This document shows positions 39,107-49,622 of a stretch of DNA of 64,000 bases, piece after piece. The position numbers and the translations under genes were made by a program. The notes under the pieces are model-generated. The model searched no databases. It had not been told where the DNA came from and saw only the letters and a list, made by a program, of their open reading frames with translations. Position 1 is the stretch's first letter. Every line of letters begins with the position of its first letter. The stretch is from an uncultured Nitrospiraceae bacterium (GTDB lineage: Bacteria > Nitrospirota > Nitrospiria > Nitrospirales > Nitrospiraceae), in the NCBI GenBank assembly GCA_963730935.1, contig CAVSTP010000004.1, forward strand, positions 832,001 through 896,000, written 5' to 3'.

Positions 39107-39912
39107 TATATAGAAGCTGTCCTGCTCAGAAAGTCGCGTACCAATCGGGCGACCTCGAACGGCTTTTCAATCGCCGCGAGTTGACTGGCCTCGTCAAGAA
39201 TTTTGAACTCTGCGCCGGGAATTTGTGCGGCGATAAAATCTGCTTGCGCCGGCGTGACGGCAGGATCCTGCCGCCCGGCAAGGACTAGCGTCCGAGTCCT
39301 AATCCTATGAAGCTCACTGCTCACATCTGATCGATTGAAGGCGGCAAGCGCCGCGTTAAACATGCCGTTGCCGTCTGGTATGCTCACGAGCTGGTTTCTA
39401 AATTTTGCGATGAGGTCAGGTCTGGATTGATACGTCGAGGGCGCAAACAACAGTTTCATTGCTGGGTCGACAATGTCCTGGCGATGTCCGTCCCGAAACA
39501 TTTTCCAGAGGTGGAGGGTCGATGCTTTCATTGTTGAGGGATCGGGTCGTGCGCTCGTTGCCATGAGCACGAGCGAATCAAAGGCGTCGGGATGTGCAAG
39601 CGCCACGCGCATACCGATCATTCCGCCGATCCCATTTCCGAACCATGCGACCTTTCCTAGCCCCAGCGCTTGCAACAACCCATAATAATCTTCCGCCATC
39701 GCTTCGAGTGTCATGGCTTCCCGATATCCGCTCAGACCATGGCCATGGAGATCGACCGTCATAAGGCGGGCATCTCTCGCGATTTCTGTCAACACCTCGG
39801 CGAATGCGTCTGGTCCCCACATCAGCGGATGGGCGAACACGATCGTCGGAGTGTCCTGGTCTCCAGACTCTCGATAATGCATTCCAATCCCGTTGATCTG
39901 CACAACCGGCAT
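39103..39912 (-). CDS. Alpha/beta hydrolase (PcaD-like)
   Basis: DLHGHGLS, GNGIGG at the nucleophile elbow (Ser absent). Confidence 0.8.
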   Translation of the reverse strand: MPVVQINGIGMHYRESGDQDTPTIVFAHPLMWGPDAFAEVLTEIARDARLMTVDLHGHGLSGYREAMTLEAMAEDYYGLLQALGLGKVAWFGNGIGGMIGMRVALAHPDAFDSLVLMATSARPDPSTMKASTLHLWKMFRDGHRQDIVDPAMKLLFAPSTYQSRPDLIAKFRNQLVSIPDGNGMFNAALAAFNRSDVSSELHRIRTRTLVLAGRQDPAVTPAQADFIAAQIPGAEFKILDEASQLAAIEKPFEVARLVRDFLSRTASIY

Positions 39913-40143
39913 ACGCTTCTCCGAGGTGGGAGCCAGCAAGAGCTGTTACGGTGACTCGCACACGACACTACTGGGAAGGCGGCGCTCGATTCAAGTCATC
40001 GGAGCTCTCTCCCCGTCCCTCGACCTTCTCTCCGATCGCCATAGACCCGTTGGGCTCTTGAAAGTAGAATGGGCTTGCGGTTTCACTCATAAGGCCGAAG
40101 CCATGGCCATGACGTGCAGTACATTCAGCAAAGGAGAGCGTCA

Positions 40144-41145
40144 ATGATCTGTTGGTTGACCCATGGTGTGATCCTCGCTGTTCTGATGTCCATCTATGGA
40201 TGTGTATCATCGCCCACGATCAATTGGACAAACGAGAAAATTGGTTTTACTCGGGCACCTCAACTTGGCGGGACGGATTCTCTTTGGATCATGAACGGCG
40301 ATGGATCCGGCCAGTCGCAGCTTGATTTAGGTGCGGACGGGAATAGCTCCCTGACGTGGTCGCCTGATGGCAACTCCATTGCGTTTGAATCCGTCCGAGA
40401 TGGCCACATTGAGCTCTACACCGCGCGGATTATCAGCAACGGCAACGACACATATTCTGCTCAGGAGATTCAACGAAGGACTACCGCTCCTGCGGACCAT
40501 TCATTTCCAGCATGGTCACCTGATTGCGCATGGCTTGCGTTTTCGTCCAACAGAGTCAACCAGAATTCCTACAACATTTATCAACTCCATCTGAGCGACG
40601 ACACCGTGACCCCCATTACGAGCGGAAACTACCAGGATTTGTCCCCTTCATGGTCTCCTGATGGGTCCAAAATCGCCTTCACGCGTCACGTGGGCAATGC
40701 GTCACGAGAGATTTATGTTCACGTGATGAGCTCTGGGCAGGATATTCGACTGACGAATAACAGTGTGAATGATACTGATCCCTCGTGGTCGCCATCCGGC
40801 CGTATTATTTTTGCACGGCATTCCGAGGATGGCAGTCGTGCGGCTCTCTTTGAAATGGACGCTGTCGACGCGAATGGAGACGGCAATGGAGACCATCTCG
40901 CCCCAATTACTACCCCAAATGAACATGAATATGACCAGAAGCCGGAGTATTTTCGGAGTGGAAAAGCCATCGTATTCTTTCGAAGTCAGGAGGCTGGTGG
41001 GGGAGGACCTGGGGATGTCTATAAACTCCTCATCCAGGACGGGACAGTCATGGAACCGCTTCTGAATCTCACCCACACCAATCCCCAGCACGAACATGGC
41101 GCGACTTGGAAGCGAAATGGAGTCTGTGTCAGAAAAGCGAAGTAG
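40144..41145 (+). CDS. TolB-like PD40-repeat lipoprotein
   Basis: Repeated WSPDG motifs; promoter TAGACC-N17-TAGAAT at 40042-40070. Confidence 0.85.
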   Translation: MICWLTHGVILAVLMSIYGCVSSPTINWTNEKIGFTRAPQLGGTDSLWIMNGDGSGQSQLDLGADGNSSLTWSPDGNSIAFESVRDGHIELYTARIISNGNDTYSAQEIQRRTTAPADHSFPAWSPDCAWLAFSSNRVNQNSYNIYQLHLSDDTVTPITSGNYQDLSPSWSPDGSKIAFTRHVGNASREIYVHVMSSGQDIRLTNNSVNDTDPSWSPSGRIIFARHSEDGSRAALFEMDAVDANGDGNGDHLAPITTPNEHEYDQKPEYFRSGKAIVFFRSQEAGGGGPGDVYKLLIQDGTVMEPLLNLTHTNPQHEHGATWKRNGVCVRKAK

Positions 41146-41161
41146 CAACAGCTACTGCACG

Positions 41162-41196
41162 AATGGGACATTCTGTATTTACCGGCGCGTGGCGGC
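41162..41196 (+). repeat. Array repeat copy
   Basis: AATGGGACATTCTGTATTTACCGGCGCGTGGCGGC. Confidence 0.8.
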
Positions 41197-41325
41197 AAAG
41201 CTTCGCGCCACATCTAGCGTCAAACCGACTGCAATGGGGTAACTCTTGAAGGAATCGGTAGCGAGAGGTATGCTGTTTACCGTCGGCAAGTGAGCCGGAC
41301 CGCAGCCTGCTGAGAGGATGGAATT

Positions 41326-42312
41326 TTGGCAAAACAATTGTTGCTCAGATCAGTGATAGTTCTGGGGTTGTGGCCGGGTCTTGGCCTAGCGGCAGACCAC
41401 GATCTGACGCCTCGCGAGATCTACGAGCTCGACTCGCCAGCTGTTGTGATGATCATCGGATATTCCAACAGCGGCCAGCGAGGTAACGGCGGCACCGGCT
41501 CCATTATTCAACAAGATGGACTCGTATTGACGAACGCTCACGTCGTCATTGAGGACCAAACAGGCAAACCCTATCCCCGCTTGACCATTTATCTGAAGCC
41601 CGAACGCGTGAGCGGTGACCCCAAGGCCGATTTGTCGCGGAGCGCCAAGGGTCGTGTCGTCGCCTTCTCACAACCATTGGACCTGGCTTTGCTCAAGCTC
41701 GATGGGCCGCCTGGACCCTTTCCCGTCCTCGAACTGGATGATTCCGACCGGATCGAGATCGGTGACCGCGTGGTGGCGATCGGGCATCCCGAGCAGGGCG
41801 GGCTTTGGACCCTGACAACCGGTACCATCAGCGCGCAGTTTGAGAACTTTAATGCTACGAAGGGCAAGTCGGTGTTTCAGACGGAAACGGGGCTCAACCG
41901 CGGCAACTCCGGTGGACCGCTGCTCGACACGTACGGCCGCATGGTCGGGATCAATACGGCAATCGCCCGCCTCTCATCGGATGGACTGCCGATCACGAGT
42001 ATTAGCTTCTCGTTGAAATCCAATGTAGCCAAGCGCTGGTTGCGTGATCAAGGTGTGTCGTTTCAGGAGATGCCGGCATCGGACAGGTCAACGCCGGACA
42101 AATCGGCAAGTCGTTCTACCCCTCTATCCGAGGAGCACACGACGAAGTCTGAGAATCTGCCTGCCGCCCCCACGGTCGCTTCCCCATCCTCGCCGCTCTC
42201 CGCGTCCTCTCGGCCATACAATCTGGATCGCCTTATCAGTGAACGAAGCCGAGCCGAGGCCGATCTCGAGGATATGATCAAAGAAATGCGAGGCAAATTT
42301 AGCGGGCGGTGA
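41326..42312 (+). CDS. Trypsin-like serine protease (HtrA-like, no PDZ)
   Basis: LTNAHVV, DLALLK, NRGNSGGPL. Confidence 0.9.
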   Translation: MAKQLLLRSVIVLGLWPGLGLAADHDLTPREIYELDSPAVVMIIGYSNSGQRGNGGTGSIIQQDGLVLTNAHVVIEDQTGKPYPRLTIYLKPERVSGDPKADLSRSAKGRVVAFSQPLDLALLKLDGPPGPFPVLELDDSDRIEIGDRVVAIGHPEQGGLWTLTTGTISAQFENFNATKGKSVFQTETGLNRGNSGGPLLDTYGRMVGINTAIARLSSDGLPITSISFSLKSNVAKRWLRDQGVSFQEMPASDRSTPDKSASRSTPLSEEHTTKSENLPAAPTVASPSSPLSASSRPYNLDRLISERSRAEADLEDMIKEMRGKFSGR

Positions 42313-42339
42313 AGCCGTCGCGTCGCCTGTCGACACTCC

Positions 42340-42843
42340 TCACTTCGAATTCACGTCCCGGTAGTCAACGATAAACCGTCCGACCGACTCAAATATTCTG
42401 CTGCGAATATCGAGAACTCTCGAGTCGCTGAGTGAACCAAAATGTATGGGGCCTTCCCACGTGGTCGCAAAGAGTTCTGTGCTTGGATTCCGTGATAGTT
42501 GAACAAGTTGTTTCAATGTGAGCGCGACAGCGTACGTGTTGACAGTGACTGAGGGACCTGTGATCGGATACACGGCAACGTAGAGATACGGTGCTCCGGG
42601 TGAGTTCGCTACCTCTGAGATGGTCAAGACGCGCAGGCCTGCCTGTCGAAGTCGCACTTCGATGTCGCGTTGGAGGTGTTCGCGGTTCAACCCTTCCCGT
42701 TCCACATCGTCCGGAAGATACTCAACGAGCACCGAAATCTCTTTGAGTCCTCGTAGTGTGTCTCGCTTGTCAGCCGTAAAGCTGAAGCCAACGGTCGGCC
42801 AACACAAGGTCAGGCCCAACAGAATGAGCACCCTCAGGCGCAT
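42340..42843 (-). CDS. Exported hypothetical protein
   Basis: Signal peptide; AGGAGG RBS. Confidence 0.65.
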   Translation of the reverse strand: MRLRVLILLGLTLCWPTVGFSFTADKRDTLRGLKEISVLVEYLPDDVEREGLNREHLQRDIEVRLRQAGLRVLTISEVANSPGAPYLYVAVYPITGPSVTVNTYAVALTLKQLVQLSRNPSTELFATTWEGPIHFGSLSDSRVLDIRSRIFESVGRFIVDYRDVNSK

Positions 42844-43086
42844 CGGCCACCTCCTCGTCGGTGGCTCGCACAATAGCCGCCCGCTCTACCTAAAGACAAG
42901 AACACGACTGCCCTTGTGAGTAAATGTGACAGGACCCTCGCCGAGTGGATCCTGTAACCGTTTCTTACGGCGCTTAGAGAGTAAGAGGCGGGAGTGCTAT
43001 CTCACAATCATCTCGAGCGATGATCCTTCGCGTTTGACGGTTCGGTATGCAGGAAGTAAACGGGGGGTGGAAGGGGGCAATTCGCC

Positions 43087-43278
43087 CTAGCCGCCTCCGC
43101 GGCGCAGGTTACCGAACACGATGATTAGCACTGCGGCAACGCCATACCAGGGAATGATCGCCCACGGATTGGTGCTTTGAACGTAGCTAACAATCCAATG
43201 CCCGGCAAACACGATCCCCAGCACGATCAAGCCGGCAACTATCAGGCTTCCTTGGCCAGGTGATTTCTCAGGGAGCAT
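43087..43278 (-). CDS. Small two-TM protein
   Basis: Two hydrophobic segments. Confidence 0.45.
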   Translation of the reverse strand: MLPEKSPGQGSLIVAGLIVLGIVFAGHWIVSYVQSTNPWAIIPWYGVAAVLIIVFGNLRRGGG

Positions 43279-43354
43279 ATGTCAGTACTTTCCGCCCGCG
43301 ATCCTAGGGGAAGATCATGGGATACGCAAGCGGCCACACGAACGCAGTCGCTTC

Positions 43355-43960
43355 TTACGCCTGGGACTTTTCGATGCACCCGCGTTCATCCGTCCATCGC
43401 GCGTTGGGATTGGCTTCGCAGGCCGCCCGTTCGAGCGCCGTCTCTGCCAGCTCAGTGACTGCGGGATCGTACACGAAGCTGGTCGAGCCTCCCCTCGCCG
43501 TCACACTCCATTGAGTCGTCGCATCTACCACGCTAAGGCTGCGTATCGTGACAGTCGGATCAAAGAGCGTCGTGACACGCGGATGCCCTTCTTTATACCC
43601 CGAATACAGGTTGTACAGGGGGTATGAGTGACGCTCGACTGTTGCGGCTAAGACTCTATTTGCTCCGGCCATGCGGCCAAGTTGTCGAAGCGACAGTTCT
43701 ATTTCCCTGGCTGGCTGTTCCATGAGGGAGTCCCGGCTGATCGCATCTCCAACGATATCAGAATCGATCACTTGTCCACCGTGTTTCCGTACCCAGTCAA
43801 CCAGGAGTGGCTCGAGCTTTGTTTCGTTAGTCCAAATGAGCACGCGAGCGTCCTCCCGCGTTTCGAGGCACTGAGAAACACAGACTGCATCGGTGATGGG
43901 ATGTGGTGAACAACCCACGAAAGTTAAGAAGCCTAGGAGAATGGCCGATACTTTTTTCAT
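43355..43960 (-). CDS. Putative lipoprotein
   Basis: MKK signal with FVGC lipobox. Confidence 0.65.
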   Translation of the reverse strand: MKKVSAILLGFLTFVGCSPHPITDAVCVSQCLETREDARVLIWTNETKLEPLLVDWVRKHGGQVIDSDIVGDAISRDSLMEQPAREIELSLRQLGRMAGANRVLAATVERHSYPLYNLYSGYKEGHPRVTTLFDPTVTIRSLSVVDATTQWSVTARGGSTSFVYDPAVTELAETALERAACEANPNARWTDERGCIEKSQA

Positions 43961-44233
43961 TCCAGCCGAAGCTCCAAGGTATTGATTACTATACTCGCCA
44001 AGCTGGTGCCAACAACAACCAGACAAGCCGGTGTAATATAATTAACCGGCTGACGAAGTCTGGGGCTGTGCAGAGTGGAGGACGCATGCGCGCATTCTGG
44101 CGCCTGCTGATTGCATTGTGCGCACTGACGTTGGGCGGTGCGGCGCATCCGTGTGGATGCGGAAACGGCAAAATTATCAAAGGCCTAGACCTGCCATAGG
44201 CTCAGCCTTCTCTGTTCAGGGGCGCCGTGTACG

Positions 44234-44308
44234 AAGGGACAGACTACTTTTCTGGGCCTTCGAGACTGAAGAAAAGCGTCAGGAACCATTTCGCGGCGGC
44301 GGCGTGGC
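44234..44308 (+). repeat. Two upstream motifs in tandem plus repeat core
   Basis: AAGGGACAGACTACTTTT, then AAAAGCGTCAGGAACCATTTCGCGGCGGCGGCGTGGC. Confidence 0.8.
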
Positions 44309-44348
44309 ATCTTTCAATGGATGGATGATTCGCTCATACTCCTTCGTC

Positions 44349-45233
44349 ATGGCCGACCACGAAATCGATGCCATTCGTGCACTGTTGCTGGCCAAACCAC
44401 GACCGAATGAGCTCAGCGAACGACGCAAGCGCCTAGACGACCTAGGAACCCAGTATAAGATCGCCCCTGACGTGCTGATCGAGTCGGTGGAGGCGAACGG
44501 CATCAGAGCGGAGTGGTCCTCGACCCCACATGCCGACGCTGCAGGTGCGATCCTATTTTTGCATGGTGGTGGTTACGTGTCTGGGTCGCTCGATAGTCAT
44601 CGGCCATTGGCCACGGAGATCGGTCGAGTGTGCAGCGCTCGTACGCTCGCCCTGGAATACCGGCTGGCGCCCGAGCATCCGTTCCCGGCGGCACTCGAAG
44701 ACGCACTAGCCGGCTATCGCTTCCTGCTCTCGTGCGGCATCAACCCGCGCCAGATCGCGGTGGCGGGCGACAGTGCCGGAGGCGGACTGACCGTAGCACT
44801 GATGGTTTCCGCCCGCGATGCCGGGCTGCCGAAGCCGGCCTGCGGTTGGTGTCTCTCGCCGTGGGTGGATTTGGAATGTCTTGGCGAAAGCATGAACAGC
44901 AAAGCCGAGGTTGACCCGTTGATCCAGAAATCTTATTTGAAGGAGGTGGCTGGAACCTATCTCAATGGCGCTGATCCCCGCTCGGCGCTGGCCGCGCCAC
45001 TGTATGCAAATCTCAAGGGTTTGGCGCCACTTCTGATTCAAGTGGGCTCGGCGGAGACACTCCTCGACGATGCAGTTCGTCTCGCCAATGCCGCTGGGGC
45101 CGCTGACGTGGCGGTAACATTGGAAATATGGCCCGACATGATCCACGCATGGCCGCTGTTTCATCAGCAGCTCACAGCCGGGCGCCAGGCGATTGCGCAC
45201 GCCGGATCGTTCATCCGCTCTAGGATGTCATGA
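44349..45233 (+). CDS. HSL-family esterase
   Basis: HGGG, GDSAGG, MIHAW. Confidence 0.9.
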   Translation: MADHEIDAIRALLLAKPRPNELSERRKRLDDLGTQYKIAPDVLIESVEANGIRAEWSSTPHADAAGAILFLHGGGYVSGSLDSHRPLATEIGRVCSARTLALEYRLAPEHPFPAALEDALAGYRFLLSCGINPRQIAVAGDSAGGGLTVALMVSARDAGLPKPACGWCLSPWVDLECLGESMNSKAEVDPLIQKSYLKEVAGTYLNGADPRSALAAPLYANLKGLAPLLIQVGSAETLLDDAVRLANAAGAADVAVTLEIWPDMIHAWPLFHQQLTAGRQAIAHAGSFIRSRMS

Positions 45234-45331
45234 GCGCCCTCGCCTTCTCGGTGTCGCTTCTTATGATTGCCATGCTTCATCTAAGCACATATCATATGCC
45301 GTGCCATGTCCGGCCAACCTGAGGAGGCAAG

Positions 45332-45560
45332 ATGCGCCCGATCACATTCACCCTTGCACTCTTTGACGTATTCTGGTGTCCTGCACAGCTTTTGCGGCAG
45401 GCGAACCCTGTCTACTGATCGCAGAGACGCAAGTCAGCACGGCGCTGGAGATCCCTGTCGAGCCCGGGACACCTATTAGCAGTCCATCGACGTGTGAATG
45501 GATAGGAAAAGGCAGATTTGCAACACTTACCATTATGCAGCCACTCGCTGGCAAGAGCCC
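45332..45560 (+). pseudogene. Truncated, frameshifted DUF3558-like exported protein
   Basis: GGAGG-ATG at 45332; EPCLLI..VSTAL..CEW resembles 14426 and 17741. Confidence 0.4.
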
Positions 45561-45997
45561 TCGCATACTCTTGGAGAACGGCTCCTGCAGTGTTCTGCAG
45601 CCTCTTGGTGGTCCTCATGGCCGGAGGATGCATCACACCGGAAGTATCTTCTGATAGCCCCGACCTCATAGCCATTCCGGACGGGAGCTTTGGAGGATCT
45701 GATGCTTACTGTGATATGACCAGGGCGGCCCAGCTGCGAATCGTCATCCAAAATCAAGGCCAAGGGAATGCCCTGGCCTCGATTACCCGAGTAAGATTTT
45801 CCCCCGGTGGAGTGATGGATATTTCGACACCGCCTCTGGAATCGGGCGAGCGTACGATGCTCGCTCCAATTCCCATTCCCGCGGCCTGTTTTGATCCAGA
45901 TTGCGATTTTACGATCACGGTCGATTCGACGGACCAAATCAACGAAACCACAGGCGAAGAGAACAATGTGACAGATGGGCGCTGTATCCGGCCATAA
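45518..45997 (+). CDS. CARDB-domain lipoprotein (start uncertain)
   Basis: PDL, IQNQGQG, TVDSTDQINE..EENN. Confidence 0.65.
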   Translation: MQHLPLCSHSLARALAYSWRTAPAVFCSLLVVLMAGGCITPEVSSDSPDLIAIPDGSFGGSDAYCDMTRAAQLRIVIQNQGQGNALASITRVRFSPGGVMDISTPPLESGERTMLAPIPIPAACFDPDCDFTITVDSTDQINETTGEENNVTDGRCIRP

Positions 45998-46008
45998 AAC
46001 CCGGCTCT

Positions 46009-46031
46009 CATTTCGCGGCACTGGCAGGCCG
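46009..46031 (+). repeat. Array repeat copy
   Basis: CATTTCGCGGCACTGGCAGGCCG. Confidence 0.7.
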
Positions 46032-46154
46032 CCTCAAACACAATTGCCTGCGTCTTTTGAAGGTGGGGCGGCTGCTTGCCGCCCCATTTCCGTCGCCTGA
46101 AGAGGAATCGATATGCCTACACTCAGCAGCAACTGTCCAGCGGATTTTGTCGCA

Positions 46155-46616
46155 TTACGCCCAAGCAACCTGTCGTTGTTCCATCGCTTTCGCCACTGCA
46201 TCCCTCAGCCTCTCCGCCTCGACTGGCTTGACCAAGTAATCAGCCACACCCTTCAGGAGAAAGGAAACGGCCATTTCGGTCTCCGGGTAGCCCGTGAGGA
46301 CCACAAGTGGAACATGGGGGTACTCTCTCTGGAAATAGTCGATGGCCTCGACACCATTGATTTTAGGCATGCGGATGTCACAGATCACGGCATCCAGAAC
46401 TAACCGGTTCTCTCCTGTATTGATCACGTCGATGGCTTGCTCCCCGTTTTCTGCTTCGAGGACGTCATACCCCGCCTTTTCCAGTGTCAATCTGACCACC
46501 GTCCTCACAGAGGGTTCATCATCGATCACGAGTATGCGTCCGTTCCCCGTTAACGCCCCAAACAATAGATCTGATTTGTATTTCTCCTCAATCATGGCAT
46601 GCTCCTTTTTTATCAC
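46155..46616 (-). CDS. Single-domain response regulator
   Basis: ILVIDDE, CDIRMP, YLVKP. Confidence 0.85.
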   Translation of the reverse strand: MIKKEHAMIEEKYKSDLLFGALTGNGRILVIDDEPSVRTVVRLTLEKAGYDVLEAENGEQAIDVINTGENRLVLDAVICDIRMPKINGVEAIDYFQREYPHVPLVVLTGYPETEMAVSFLLKGVADYLVKPVEAERLRDAVAKAMEQRQVAWA

Positions 46617-46814
46617 AGTTGTTTTGGACTCTCTCGGCGAATCACGCGTGCTGCCACTGCATAGAGCAACGCCTGTGCCAGATGACGATCAGCTGCGGCT
46701 AAAAGAATTAGACCAGAAAATGGCAGTTATTCACCGGATTTCATTGCTTCCTCGTTGAACCGGTTCTCTGAGTGGGCGACCTTGAAGACACACAAACCGA
46801 TGCTGTGTGGATGT

Positions 46815-46850
46815 AATTCGATTCACCAGAAGTATTCCGCGGCAGACCGG
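46815..46850 (+). repeat. Degenerate repeat copy with 15-mer identical to 48799-48813
   Basis: AATTCGATTCACCAG AAGTATTCCGCGGCAGACCGG. Confidence 0.55.
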
Positions 46851-46960
46851 CGCCTTACCGTCCATCTTCCAACCGCTCTTCCATCGCCTCTGGAGTGATG
46901 GATACGTCTCAGACTTTGCAGTAGACTGAGGTGGAGGAGAATTCATCAGGAGGTACATCC

Positions 46961-47434
46961 ATGCACAAGCGAATCATCGGCCAAAAGCAGGAAAGGTCCG
47001 CATCGTCTGAGCAGGGTTGGTTGAACGTGGAAGGACTTGTCGAGGTGGAGATCACCTCAGAGGACGCCACGCATCCCATCGAATCAGCATTACGACCAGG
47101 CGAAACGTCGGGATGGCGGGCCGCAGAGGCTGGAGCACAGACGATCCGGCTACTTTTCAACAATCCGCAGCGGCTCCAACGGATCTGGATGAATTTTGTG
47201 GAACCCGAAACTGCACGCACTCAGGAGTACGTCCTGCGTTGGTCGCCGGACAGCGGACAGTCCTTCCGCGAAATTGTCCGGCAGCAATGGAACTTCAGTC
47301 CCCCTAGCACTACGAACGAGATGGAAGATCATCGTGTGGAGCTCCCGGCGGTCACGATGCTCGAGTTGCACATCATTCCGGACATCAGCGGTGGCAATGC
47401 CGTCGCATCCTTAGCGCAACTACGGCTGGCCTAA
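46961..47434 (+). CDS. Galactose-binding/discoidin-like domain protein
   Basis: HPIESAL, GWRAA..G.QTIRL, RTQEY.LRWS. Confidence 0.7.
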   Translation: MHKRIIGQKQERSASSEQGWLNVEGLVEVEITSEDATHPIESALRPGETSGWRAAEAGAQTIRLLFNNPQRLQRIWMNFVEPETARTQEYVLRWSPDSGQSFREIVRQQWNFSPPSTTNEMEDHRVELPAVTMLELHIIPDISGGNAVASLAQLRLA

Positions 47435-47442
47435 GGCATACC

Positions 47443-47481
47443 AAAGGTGTCGGGAACCATTCGCGGCGCGCGGCGGGCCGG
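47443..47481 (+). repeat. Array repeat copy
   Basis: AAAGGTGTCGGGAACCATTCGCGGCGCGCGGCGGGCCGG. Confidence 0.9.
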
Positions 47482-47541
47482 CGCGCGTTCAAGACCCGCG
47501 GCTTAGGAAAGAGGGCAGGAATTGGGCTGACGTTTCTCGGT

Positions 47542-48468
47542 TTAAGACGTTGAACTCACAATGGAAAGTTCTATCTGGGAAGCTGTCGGTGCAAAAGCAG
47601 CATCGAACGCTTCCCGTCTGACCTCGCCATCACCATCTTCACGGTACACCAGCTCGTCGCGATCGAAATCGAATTCGGGTAACGCTGGACTCGTCCAGCG
47701 CTTCAGAAAATATTGATACCAAAGCGCATATAGCCCGTGCTCCTGACGATCGTGTTGAAAGACGTATTCGGGTCGTGTTCCGACCTCTAGGTCCGTATGG
47801 TAGCACTGGAGCCAAACGTGTTCCCCGAGAATAGCGAGTCTGACAAGCGGGAGATCAGAATACAGTTTCAGTTTGACTGGTTTTCCAGCCGCCTTGAGAG
47901 ACTTCAGGAGTCTAATACTGGCCACGACTTCATGGTGGACACGGCTCCATGCGGCTGCAGGATCTGGTTGTTGCTCGATGCGACGACGTACCGCATCACT
48001 GAAGGGATTGGCGAGCAGGATTTTTGCCTCCAGACAATTCTGGACAATGGGATATAAATCACTCTTCGGATCAGCGAACGTTGAGAATCCTGTGAAGCCG
48101 ATCACTCGAAGTGGGCGACCGAGTCCTTGCTGAGTCTTGTTGGCTGCGATTTGATGGCGAACCCCATTCCCTTGTGTATGGAAGCACGATACCAAGCCTG
48201 CCTCGGCAGCGGTTTTGGCGACTCGCCGGTCTTTTATACTGCGACGGAGCAAATTGACAAAGAGGATCATGAACGTGGCAACGGCCAGTTCCACGTACAT
48301 CAACAGCATCTTTTCATGCTCCACATGTGACCAGAATGCCAAGAAATGCCGGGCTGCCCATGGAAGCGAGAAGGCGATCCCGGCACTTACAACGATAACG
48401 ACCAGATGGGAGCCCATGGAGGTTAGATGGTGTAACAGCGTGCCATCTTTTGCGATATGGTCTTTCAA
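47542..48468 (-). CDS. Two-TM membrane protein with soluble C-terminal domain
   Basis: 308-aa ORF; KILLANP, KLKLYSD. Confidence 0.65.
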   Translation of the reverse strand: MKDHIAKDGTLLHHLTSMGSHLVVIVVSAGIAFSLPWAARHFLAFWSHVEHEKMLLMYVELAVATFMILFVNLLRRSIKDRRVAKTAAEAGLVSCFHTQGNGVRHQIAANKTQQGLGRPLRVIGFTGFSTFADPKSDLYPIVQNCLEAKILLANPFSDAVRRRIEQQPDPAAAWSRVHHEVVASIRLLKSLKAAGKPVKLKLYSDLPLVRLAILGEHVWLQCYHTDLEVGTRPEYVFQHDRQEHGLYALWYQYFLKRWTSPALPEFDFDRDELVYREDGDGEVRREAFDAAFAPTASQIELSIVSSTS

Positions 48469-48798
48469 AACGGGTTAACCTTTCGTTTGAGTCTCGGGAA
48501 GTTACATCAGTCAGTGTCTCGGACGCTCCTCGGTTGTCCCTCTCGTGAGTCAGAGCCGATACGGGATAAGCAGACTCTTTTTTAGATCGTTCGTTGAACC
48601 GGCGGCGCGTGAGATGGTGCTACCGACTACCGGTGCTCGATACCTGCGGAGAAGGAGCAGGAGGCACGATCAAAACCGTCACTGTGTTTACCCTACAGAA
48701 GGGTAGCTACTTTGTACAGTAAATTGTCTGTAACGTCTTGATCACGCCATGATCACATTGGGTATCTTCGAGGTCGCCGCTCAGAGAATGTTATGTGC

Positions 48799-48841
48799 AA
48801 TTCGATTCACCAGCACCATTTCGCGGCGCACGGCGGGCTGG
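48799..48841 (+). repeat. Array repeat copy
   Basis: AATTCGATTCACCAGCACCATTTCGCGGCGCACGGCGGGCTGG. Confidence 0.85.
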
Positions 48842-48850
48842 GACGAGCGG

Positions 48851-49162
48851 TCACTGAATAGGCTCGATGGTCGTGGGCGGCCGGAGAGGCTTTCTCTGCT
48901 TCTCGTGGTCTTGGTCAATGACCTTTAAGGCGTCCAGTTGGGCCTCTAACTCCTCAATACGCTTATCTCGCTCTTGAATTTGTCTCTGGAGAGCTTGCAC
49001 CTTGCCCGACATATCGACCGCGGGTTCCCGCTTAGATTCTACCGTGGTAGCGGGAGCTGTTCCGCACCCGCTGAGCGCGACGGACAAACTCACCGGACCA
49101 ATCACGCCGAGCATGATCTTGATGTGCGACAGAGTCATGGTCCTACGTGTCTCCAATGCCAC
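48851..49162 (-). CDS. Coiled-coil lipoprotein
   Basis: LSGC lipobox; heptad repeats. Confidence 0.65.
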   Translation of the reverse strand: MALETRRTMTLSHIKIMLGVIGPVSLSVALSGCGTAPATTVESKREPAVDMSGKVQALQRQIQERDKRIEELEAQLDALKVIDQDHEKQRKPLRPPTTIEPIQ

Positions 49163-49622
49163 ATACCGACATGTCAGCGATCATTATGACAGACTGAGTC
49201 ATTAAAAAGGGAGACAGCACCACCCAGCGGTCGCGTGACTGACGTAGACCGCTCGACACTCGAAAGAGGGACTCTGCGTAGAGGACCATTGACTCCACTC
49301 CCTTAGCCATGTAGGGTGAATTTACGACGTATTAAGCCACGCCGACTGTCCTAATCTAGCGCGCGTCCTCATTTTTCCTGCGCGTTTGATTCCCCTGGTC
49401 TTCGCCGCTTTTACGCCAGAGTACGCGTTTCCAGCACTGTGGGAACGTTGCGAGGTTGCCTTGAATCTCGGCCAAGCGGCGTTATGTCCACTGGAGCGGA
49501 AACTATATTGGGTATCCAGATCTCAAGCCAGCCGTATAACCTACTATCCATGCAGAGGGCAGGTTATTCCAGGTATTCGTTGGGCATGTCAATAGGTTGA
49601 GCCAACAGAGGGAGATAGTACT

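Noticed and set aside
21986..44349. Long N-terminal extensions of ORFs starting at 21986, 25234, 36723, 38022 and 44118 (also 14276, 19595)
   Set aside because: They translate through repeat or promoter DNA; better starts with an RBS or signal peptide lie downstream.
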